Translations under genes and position numbers: made by a program
In this document: positions 57,205 through 64,000 of the stretch, piece by piece
Position numbering within the stretch: position 1 is the first letter of the stretch
How the letters are laid out: the number at the start of each line of letters is the position of its first letter
Source of the DNA: an uncultured Gammaproteobacteria bacterium
Lineage (GTDB): Bacteria > Pseudomonadota > Gammaproteobacteria > JAKDMP01
DNA: 64,000 nt
Assembly (NCBI GenBank): GCA_964586925.1
Contig: CAZPJI010000009.1
Span: 3,683-67,682 of the forward strand
Reading direction: 5' to 3'
The notes under the pieces: model-generated
Database searches by the model: none
What the model was told of the DNA's origin: nothing
The model's input: only the letters and a program-made list of their open reading frames with translations

Positions 57205-58119
57205 TCAAGAGGACGCCGAATAACGGCGTGCAATCACGGCGAGTGCGATCAGTCCAAGGCCGATGACAATGCCTATCCACATGGAGGGCGTGGCCAGGAA
57301 TTGACTGATTAGTCCCGCGCCTGAATAGAGCGGGTTGGCACTGGTGGCGGCCTGGGCCAGGTTGGCTGAGGAGGGAACCAGTTGGCTGCTGAGAGTGAGG
57401 CTCGGCCACCCGTTGAAGATGGGCGAATTAGCCAGATGGCTGCCGACGAACTGGAAGATATGGGAACTCTGGGTGATGATCAACTCCGCCACGCCGGCTA
57501 CAGCAGGGACGATGATGGCCCAGATTAATGGGTGACCGCGCGGGGACACCGCCGAGACCAACAGCAACCAGCCGTAGTAGGGGAGCCACCACAGCGCCTG
57601 CACGAACAATGCATAAGCGAAGAATACCCAGGTTCCAAACAGCGAGCCGGGAGAGGCGAATACGCTGAAGCCGGCGGCACCTCGCGCACTGGCAGCGGTG
57701 GCGAGCGCCAACAAAGAGATCAGATGCCCCACGATCATGGCGATCAGTACCAACAGCGAACCCACAAACATGGCCATGGCCGCCTTGCTGATGACCGTCG
57801 CGGTATCGGAAACGGGAAGGGAACGCCAGAACAGCACGCTGCCGTCTTTGCGGTCGTCATAGAGCGAGCCGCTGAGGTAACCCAGCATCGACAGGCTGTA
57901 GAAAAGGAAGATGAAATTGCCGATGCTTAGGCCCAGGATGGCGACACCTGCGGCACTGGCCCGGCCCGTGGGATGCAGTGTGGTGAAGGCGCCGCCGACG
58001 GCAATGCCCAGCACGGCGCTTGCCAGTACGATGATTCCGAACAGGATTCCAATCATGATGTAGAAATTGCCGCGGTTCTCCCACAGTTCACGGCGTACCA
58101 GGGTCAATGCGGTATTCAT
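57205..58119 (-). CDS. ABC-2 type transporter permease
   Basis: 304 aa, 6 TM helices. An ATGA overlap couples it to the upstream ATPase gene. Confidence 0.75.
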   Translation of the reverse strand: MNTALTLVRRELWENRGNFYIMIGILFGIIVLASAVLGIAVGGAFTTLHPTGRASAAGVAILGLSIGNFIFLFYSLSMLGYLSGSLYDDRKDGSVLFWRSLPVSDTATVISKAAMAMFVGSLLVLIAMIVGHLISLLALATAASARGAAGFSVFASPGSLFGTWVFFAYALFVQALWWLPYYGWLLLVSAVSPRGHPLIWAIIVPAVAGVAELIITQSSHIFQFVGSHLANSPIFNGWPSLTLSSQLVPSSANLAQAATSANPLYSGAGLISQFLATPSMWIGIVIGLGLIALAVIARRYSASS

Positions 58120-58973
58120 GCTTGCTTCTCCTGCATCTTGGCAGTGAACAAATCGGCTACGCGGGTGGGGCTGACTTCGCCCAGCGATTGGAGCTTCTCG
58201 GCAGGAACGCCCTCAAAGAGAAAAACGTGCTGGCCGAGCAGGACGTTTTCCTGAATGGGCTTGAGCTTTCTTGCCGCCTCGACGTTGTCCCGCTTGACGG
58301 CGACCGTGGCGTAGCGCGCGTTGATGTCGTCCATGCTGGAGTCGAGCATGATCCGCCCCTGGTTGATAAATACCACGTCGGTCAGGATGTGCTCGATTTC
58401 CTCGATCTGGTGCGTCGACACGATGATCGTCCGGTTCTCGTCGAAGTAATCATTGAGCAGATTGGTATAGAAGGTCTTGCGAAAGAGGATGTCCAGGCCC
58501 AGGGTCGGCTCGTCGAGCACCAGCAGGCTCGCGTCGATGGCCATGACCAGGGCCAGATGGACCTGCACTTTCATGCCCTTGGACAGGGTCTTGATGCGTC
58601 GGCTGGTGTCTATGCCGGTCTGCTTGAGGAAATTCTCGGCGCGCTTCCGCGAAAAGTTCGGGTGCACGGCTTCGGTGTATGTGAGGATCTGGTTGATCCG
58701 GGCCCATTTAGGCAATGTGGCCGTATCGGCAATGAACGCCACGTCGCGCATCAGTTTGACGCGCTCGCTCCAGGGGTGTTGGCCCAGTACGTCCAGATCG
58801 CCGTCGACCCGCAGCAGGCCGGTCAGGGCACGCAGCAGGGTGGTCTTCCCGGCCCCGTTCGGACCGATGAGGCCCACGATGCGTCCGCGCTCGACTTCCA
58901 GCGAAACGTCATTCAGAGCTTGCGTCTTGCGGTAAGACTTTCTGAGGTCCTTGGCTTTGATGACGGCATCCAT
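58116..58973 (-). CDS. ABC transporter ATP-binding protein
   Basis: Walker A GPNGAGKTT, ABC signature LSKGMKVQV, and Walker B LLVLDEPTLGLD. The start was trimmed to 58973 (MDAVIKAKDL), overlapping the stop of the GntR gene. Confidence 0.85.
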   Translation of the reverse strand: MDAVIKAKDLRKSYRKTQALNDVSLEVERGRIVGLIGPNGAGKTTLLRALTGLLRVDGDLDVLGQHPWSERVKLMRDVAFIADTATLPKWARINQILTYTEAVHPNFSRKRAENFLKQTGIDTSRRIKTLSKGMKVQVHLALVMAIDASLLVLDEPTLGLDILFRKTFYTNLLNDYFDENRTIIVSTHQIEEIEHILTDVVFINQGRIMLDSSMDDINARYATVAVKRDNVEAARKLKPIQENVLLGQHVFLFEGVPAEKLQSLGEVSPTRVADLFTAKMQEKQA

Positions 58974-59335
58974 CAGTCGTCTCCATTCAGGTGTTTGAGC
59001 AAAGTCGCGGCGTCGAGGCCGAGCCGTTCGATACGTGCCACGATCCGTGGCCACTCGTCCTTGAGGAATAGATCGCGTTCGCTGGAAGCGAGCTTGCGCC
59101 CGGCTCCCTCGCGCACGAACATGCCCAGCCCGCGCCGCTTCTCCACCAGATCCTGGGCCACCAGGAGCTGGTAGGACTTGAGTACGGTGAGTGGGTTGAT
59201 CTGGTAGTCGGCGGCAACCTGTCTCACCGACGGCAGAGCGTCGCCATCCTTCAGCGTACCGTCCAGCATCATTTGTATGATGCGGTCCTTCAGCTGAAGG
59301 TAGATGGGTTCGTTGCTGTTCCATTCGGTGTTCAC
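58973..59335 (-). CDS. GntR-family transcriptional regulator, YtrA subfamily (short C-terminal domain)
   Basis: 120 aa. N-terminal wHTH IYLQLKDRIIQMMLDGTLKDGDALPSVRQVAADYQINPLTVLKSYQLL. It is the first gene of the GntR-ABC operon. Confidence 0.8.
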   Translation of the reverse strand: MNTEWNSNEPIYLQLKDRIIQMMLDGTLKDGDALPSVRQVAADYQINPLTVLKSYQLLVAQDLVEKRRGLGMFVREGAGRKLASSERDLFLKDEWPRIVARIERLGLDAATLLKHLNGDD

Positions 59336-59355
59336 AGACGATCCTCGTTGTAAGC

Positions 59356-59397
59356 TTCTATGCTTCGATACATAGTGTTATATAGAAGTATAACACT
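59356..59397. promoter_or_regulatory. Nested perfect palindromes in the GntR-operon promoter, a likely YtrA-type operator
   Basis: AGTGTTATA-TAGAAG-TATAACACT at 59374-59397 is a 9-bp perfect inverted repeat. It is nested with CTTCTAT...ATAGAAG at 59356-59388. It lies 20-60 bp upstream of the GntR start codon. Confidence 0.6.
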
Positions 59398-59418
59398 ACT
59401 GCCAAAAAAATCAAGCCA

Positions 59419-59709
59419 TCACTTTATCGTGACTGACTTAGGCGATTCCTGCACTGATATAACCACGACTTCCTGTGCCGTTTGGTCGCTCAATTGCTGA
59501 TCCAAAGCCATTTTGAAGGTATGGATACCGGAATTCAATGCTTCCTCGATGTTTCTGGCCCGCAGACGGTTCTGCGCCACCGAGGTCATCTGGTTGAGTG
59601 TAAGCCGGGCACGCTCACTGCGAACCACGGATTCGGTGCTGTAGGAGCCCGGCTGAGCCGGAGTGAAGGCGAGGCCGGAGGCCAGGGCGATTACGGACAA
59701 GGTCAACAT
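59419..59709 (-). CDS. Small secreted hypothetical protein (96 aa)
   Basis: Signal peptide MLTLSVIALASGLAFTPA. Coding-like composition. An imperfect 20-bp palindrome sharing TATAACA with the GntR operator lies 28 bp upstream. Confidence 0.45.
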   Translation of the reverse strand: MLTLSVIALASGLAFTPAQPGSYSTESVVRSERARLTLNQMTSVAQNRLRARNIEEALNSGIHTFKMALDQQLSDQTAQEVVVISVQESPKSVTIK

Positions 59710-59886
59710 GGTGGTTTCCTCTATGCGGTGGGTAACTGTTGTAGATAACTATAACACCAAATCTCAAAAAGTCAAGACTTTTTCAAAGCGCCGCGGAAGG
59801 GGCGTTAAAATGTGCGCCGGATCAGCGGTAGCGCGGCTTTCCCGGCGCTTCCGGTCTTCATCGAATTCATCCCAAGGAGTCCTTTC

Positions 59887-60864
59887 ATGACCCAACCCGT
59901 CCGTATTGCCGTCACCGGCGCCGCCGGCCAGATCGGCTATGCCCTGCTGTTCCGTATTGCCGCCGGCGACATGCTCGGCCCGGATCAGCCCGTGATCCTG
60001 CATTTGCTGGAAATCACCCCGGCGCTCGAGGCGCTCAAGGGCGTGGTGATGGAGCTCAATGACTGCGCCTTCCCGTTACTGGCCGACGTCGTCGCGACTG
60101 ACGATGCCAACGTAGCCTTCAAGGATGTCGACTACGCGCTGCTGGTGGGCGCGCGCCCGCGCGGTGCGGGCATGGAGCGTAAGGACCTGCTTTCCGCCAA
60201 CGGCGCAATTTTCGGCCCGCAGGGCAAGGCCTTGAACGACCACGCCAAACGCGACGTGAAGGTGCTGGTGGTCGGCAACCCAGCCAATACCAACGCCCTG
60301 ATCGCCCAGGCCAATGCCCCGGACCTGGATCCGAAGTGCTTCACGGCGATGGTGCGCCTGGACCATAACCGGGCGATGAGCCAGCTGGCCGAAAAGACCG
60401 GCACGCACAACACGGACATCAAGAACATGATCATCTGGGGCAACCACAGCTCCACCCAGTATCCCGACATCCACCACGCTACGGTGCAGGGCAAGTCGGC
60501 CACGGATCTGGTGGACCAGACCTGGTACGAGAACGATTTCATCCCCACCGTTCAGCAACGCGGCGCGGCGATCATCAAGGCCCGCGGCGCTTCCAGTGCC
60601 GCCTCCGCGGCTTCCGCAGCGATCGACCACATGCGCACGTGGGCGCTTGGTACGCCCGAGGGCGAATGGGTCTCGATGGGCATCCCCGCCGACGGCAGCT
60701 ACGGGATCGAGCCGGGCATCATCTATGGCTATCCGGTAACCTGCAAGGACGGCAAGTACGACATCGTCCAGGGCCTCGAGATCAACGAGTTCTCGCGTGC
60801 CCGCATGGATGCCACCGACAAGGAGCTTCGCGAGGAGCGCGAGGCCGTTGCCGACCTGATCTGA
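59887..60864 (+). CDS. mdh: Malate dehydrogenase (LDH-like MDH2 family)
   Basis: [32 protein letters not shown] (NAD-binding) and [11 protein letters not shown]. 325 aa. Confidence 0.9.
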   Translation: MTQPVRIAVTGAAGQIGYALLFRIAAGDMLGPDQPVILHLLEITPALEALKGVVMELNDCAFPLLADVVATDDANVAFKDVDYALLVGARPRGAGMERKDLLSANGAIFGPQGKALNDHAKRDVKVLVVGNPANTNALIAQANAPDLDPKCFTAMVRLDHNRAMSQLAEKTGTHNTDIKNMIIWGNHSSTQYPDIHHATVQGKSATDLVDQTWYENDFIPTVQQRGAAIIKARGASSAASAASAAIDHMRTWALGTPEGEWVSMGIPADGSYGIEPGIIYGYPVTCKDGKYDIVQGLEINEFSRARMDATDKELREEREAVADLI

Positions 60865-60903
60865 GGCCGGGTGCCCGCCCGGGTACGCAATCGGTTAATA
60901 CGA

Positions 60904-60931
60904 GTGCCGGCAGGGATGCCGGCACTTTTTT
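60904..60931 (+). terminator. Rho-independent terminator of mdh
   Basis: GTGCCGGCA-GGGA-TGCCGGCAC followed by TTTTTT. Confidence 0.8.
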
Positions 60932-61337
60932 CCCAGAAACTCTCGCAAAGGCGCTAAGGCCGCAAGCTACAAACTTTCGCAACGGCACCACGACGCAACG
61001 ATAGTGCGAGATGAAAAAGGCTGGGCAAAGGAGAGGGCATGAGTTTAGCTCTCAGCTGAAATGTCGGGACTGGATTACTCGCTGCACCGCTTGCCCTCGG
61101 ACCACGCGCCACGCGCATGTTGTCTCCGGCCTTTGCCGGAATGACGAGATCCTGTAGAAGCTGCGGTCCCCGCCGCGATAGGCTTATCGAATTCCTCTCC
61201 GGTTTCCCCCTTGCTTGCAACACAAAGGGGACGGATAAATCTTTTTTTTCTTGGCGGTCTCTGCGACTTGGCGAGATTTTTATTCGTGGCGTCGTTGCGA
61301 AATATAAAGCCGCAGTCCACTACGACTCGGAAATCAA

Positions 61338-61355
61338 TTCAAACACCCGTTTGAA
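61338..61355. promoter_or_regulatory. PsrA-type (TetR) fatty-acid-degradation operator TTCAAAC-N4-GTTTGAA upstream of fadE
   Basis: A perfect inverted repeat matching the (C/G)AAAC-N2-4-GTTTG(C/G) PsrA box. It lies 78 bp upstream of the fadE ATG. Confidence 0.5.
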
Positions 61356-61432
61356 TCAGATGGGAAATCGCGCTATCTTAGGGGCATTATCCGGCACGCG
61401 TTGCCGGGGTATTTGCATCTACGAGGTGTGAC

Positions 61433-63973
61433 ATGAATGCTGTTTTCTCGCTCGCGACGTTAATCGGCGGTGCCGGGGTGTTCGTCGTGGCGTCGCTACT
61501 CGAACTCTTCAAGCGTGCGGTCGTCCTTGTCGGATTGGCTCTAGCGGCAATCATTGGTTTGGTGGCGGGCCTTGTGTGGCGGATCGCGGTCTGGATTGGC
61601 CGTGCAACGGGTCTCAAGCTGTTGCGGCGGAAGCTGTTTACCGCGCCGATACTGGGCCTGTTCCGCAAGGTGCTGCCACCGATTTCCGATACCGAGCGGG
61701 TCGCCCTGGATGCCGGCGGCGTCTGGTGGGAACGTGAGATATTCTCCGGCCACCCCGATTGGAGCAAGCTTCATTCCATGGCCCCTCCGGCGCTGACCGC
61801 CGAGGAAAAAGCCTTCCTGGACGGTCCCTGCGAAGAGTTGTGCCGACGTCTCGATGAATGGAAGATCACCCATGCCTGGGCGGATTTGCCCCCGGATATC
61901 TGGGACTTTCTGCGCAAGAACAAATTCTTCGCCATGATCATTCCCAAACGCTACGGCGGCCTGGAGTTTTCCAACTTCGCGCATTCACAGGTGCTGCTGA
62001 AGATTTCCAGCAGGAGTCCGACGACGGGCTCGATAGTTTCGGTCCCCAACTCGCTCGGCCCGGCCGAACTGCTATTGCACTATGGCACCGATGCGCAGCG
62101 CGACTACTACCTGCCCAGGCTGGCGGAAGGAATGGAAATTCCATGTTTTGCGCTGACCTCACCCACGGCCGGGTCGGATGCCACCTCGATCCGGGATACC
62201 GGTGTGGTGTGCAAAGGCCTATGGCAGGGCAAGGAAGTGGTCGGCATCCGCCTGAATTGGGACAAGCGCTACATTACCCTGGCGCCGATAGCGACCCTGC
62301 TGGGCCTGGCGTTCAAACTCTACGATCCCGAGCATCTGATCGGCGAGAAAGACGAGTACGGCATTACCTGCGCGTTGATACCGACTTATCTCCCCGGCAT
62401 CACCATCGGGCGCCGTCATTTCCCCATGGACGTGCCGTTCCAGAACGGTCCGACCCAGGGCAAGGATGTTTTCGTCCCGGTAGACCACATCATCGGCGGC
62501 GCGAAGATGGCCGGCCATGGCTGGCGCATGCTGGTGGAGAACCTGTCCGTGGGACGCTCGATCTCACTGCCTACCAATGCGACCGGCTGCTCCAAGCTGG
62601 CCTTGTACGCCACCGGGGCCTATGCCCGGGTGCGCAAGCAATTCCGTGTGCCGATCAGCGCCTTCGAGGGCGTGCAGGAGGTACTTGCACGCATGGGGTC
62701 TACCGTCTACGTCATGGACGCCACGCGGCGCATGACACTCGCCTCGCTCGACCAGGGCGAACGGCCCGCGGTCGCGTCCGCGATCGTCAAATATCACCTG
62801 ACCGAGTTTGGCCGTGTCGTGGCGAACGATGCGATGGACGTCCACGGTGGCAAGGGCATCATCCTGGGCGAAGGCAACTACCTCGCAAGCGGCTGGCGTT
62901 CGGTGCCGATCGCGATCACGGTTGAGGGCGCCAACATCATGACCCGCTGCCTGATGATCTTCGGGCAGGGTGCGATCCGCGCCCATCCCTACATCCTCGA
63001 GGAGATGGAAGCCGCCCAGGCGCAGGACAAGAACAAGGGACTCAAGGCTTTCGACAACGTGTTTTTCCGCCACATCGGTTTCCTGCTCGGCAATGCCGCG
63101 CGCTCCGTGCTGGCCGCGGCGAGTGGCGGACGTGGCCTTCGGGGCATACCGCAGGACAGCGTGCTGGCGGCACGCTACCGCCAGTTGGCTCGCTACAGTG
63201 CGTCTTTCGCGTTGCTGTCAGACGCGGCCATGCTCAGCCTCGGTGGCGCGCTGAAGCGGCGCGAACGCCTGTCGGCTCGCCTCGGCGACGTGTTGAGTGA
63301 TCTCTACATGGGTTCGGCTGTGCTCAAGCGCTATGCCGAGGATGGCGAGCCTGCTGAGGAGCGCATCGTCGTTGAATATGCGCTCGACGAGATCGCCTGC
63401 CGAATAGAGGACCGGTTGAGTGAAGTGATTCAGAACCTGCCCAATCGGGCACTCGCCGGGTTGCTCTCGGTCCTGGTTCTGCCTTTCGGGCGTCGCGCTC
63501 ATATGCCGAGCGACAGCCAGACCGTGGCGGTAGCGGATTTGTTCAGCAGCACCAGCTCTGTACGCAATCGTTTGTGTGAGGACATCTTCACGAGCGATTC
63601 CAATCATGTCATTGGCTGGTTGAAGGAAGCCCTGGAATTGGCCGAATGGGCCGAGCCGATCGAAAAGCGTATCAGCCATGCCGAGCGGAAAGGGCAGCTC
63701 GAAGTCGAACCGGGCGCAGACGAAGCGGCCTTGGTCGAGGCAGCGGTGAGCGCCGGACTGGCCTCAGCCGATGAAGGTGAGCGCCTGCGCCACTATCATG
63801 AACTGGTCGCGCGTATTGTTGCCGTCGACGATTTCGAATCGGAGGTGCTGGCCGCCCAGCCTCTGGAAGAGAACGAAAATCGTCGCATGCAGGCTTGGCG
63901 CGAGGCGGAGCTGAAGAAGTTCCAGGGCGCGAGTAGTGCTGCCGGAATGGTGCGCGCGGCCTCAGGCGATTGA
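61433..63973 (+). CDS. fadE: Acyl-CoA dehydrogenase FadE (long N- and C-terminal extensions)
   Basis: 846 aa. N-terminal membrane-associated segment, ACAD core (GITCALIPT..., KYHLTEFGRVVANDAMDVHGGKG), and a C-terminal DUF1974-like domain. Confidence 0.9.
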   Translation: MNAVFSLATLIGGAGVFVVASLLELFKRAVVLVGLALAAIIGLVAGLVWRIAVWIGRATGLKLLRRKLFTAPILGLFRKVLPPISDTERVALDAGGVWWEREIFSGHPDWSKLHSMAPPALTAEEKAFLDGPCEELCRRLDEWKITHAWADLPPDIWDFLRKNKFFAMIIPKRYGGLEFSNFAHSQVLLKISSRSPTTGSIVSVPNSLGPAELLLHYGTDAQRDYYLPRLAEGMEIPCFALTSPTAGSDATSIRDTGVVCKGLWQGKEVVGIRLNWDKRYITLAPIATLLGLAFKLYDPEHLIGEKDEYGITCALIPTYLPGITIGRRHFPMDVPFQNGPTQGKDVFVPVDHIIGGAKMAGHGWRMLVENLSVGRSISLPTNATGCSKLALYATGAYARVRKQFRVPISAFEGVQEVLARMGSTVYVMDATRRMTLASLDQGERPAVASAIVKYHLTEFGRVVANDAMDVHGGKGIILGEGNYLASGWRSVPIAITVEGANIMTRCLMIFGQGAIRAHPYILEEMEAAQAQDKNKGLKAFDNVFFRHIGFLLGNAARSVLAAASGGRGLRGIPQDSVLAARYRQLARYSASFALLSDAAMLSLGGALKRRERLSARLGDVLSDLYMGSAVLKRYAEDGEPAEERIVVEYALDEIACRIEDRLSEVIQNLPNRALAGLLSVLVLPFGRRAHMPSDSQTVAVADLFSSTSSVRNRLCEDIFTSDSNHVIGWLKEALELAEWAEPIEKRISHAERKGQLEVEPGADEAALVEAAVSAGLASADEGERLRHYHELVARIVAVDDFESEVLAAQPLEENENRRMQAWREAELKKFQGASSAAGMVRAASGD

Positions 63974-64000
63974 TTCGGCGCCTGAGGCATCCAGGCGGGC

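Noticed and set aside
61207-61250. Hairpin + T8 as a rho-independent terminator
   Set aside because: The T-tract is separated from the stem by ~10 nt and the loop is 12 nt. This is atypical for an intrinsic terminator, so it is kept only as a low-interest structured region.

Overview
This 64 kb window is a GC-rich (~63%) chromosomal segment with gene content and synteny typical of a sulfur-metabolising gamma- or beta-proteobacterium. Most of it is core housekeeping. On the + strand it begins with the 3' end of accB, then accC, prmA, a DUF3426 zinc-ribbon protein, fis, purH, otsB-otsA-glk and a GT2 glycosyltransferase. On the - strand follow an EnvC-like M23 peptidase, a PEBP/YbhB protein, a SPOR protein, argS and pepN. 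Next come hemW, rpmE, gltA, mrcA (PBP1A) divergent from pilMNOPQ, then aroK, aroB, pyrF and hemE, and at the far end mdh and fadE. Several accessory islands sit between these blocks.
1. 33.9-38.1 kb: a complete bufferin-type MNIO RiPP operon on the - strand. It has a DUF2282 Cys-rich secreted precursor, a DUF692/MNIO enzyme, a DUF2063 partner and a DoxX protein, plus a small membrane protein, an ECF sigma factor and a zf-HC2 anti-sigma factor. It is probably a metal (copper) stress metallophore system.
2. 46.9-51.0 kb: a persulfide/sulfite detoxification cluster. A BigR/SqrR-like two-Cys ArsR regulator lies divergent from an MBL-fold hydrolase that may be a persulfide dioxygenase and from a split YeeE/YedE transporter. 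TauE/SafE and a DUF442 CX5R domain follow on the regulator's strand.
3. 41.3-46.9 kb: a K+ homeostasis cluster (KefB-like CPA2-RCK, Kup, Kv-beta-like AKR). A ~258 bp MITE-like element with 36-bp terminal inverted repeats sits in the kup promoter.
4. 56.0-59.4 kb: a YtrA-type GntR-ABC-beta-helix-BON envelope-stress-like operon with perfect palindromic operators.
5. Other features: a 3x ~100-bp tandem repeat downstream of purH; an Ig-like lipoprotein inserted between pilQ and aroK; an AT-rich island upstream of rpmE/gltA; a PsrA-type box upstream of fadE; and a tricorn-like protease.
No tRNA, rRNA or CRISPR array was detected. Gene starts were re-evaluated against known N-termini where the ORF track over-extended.
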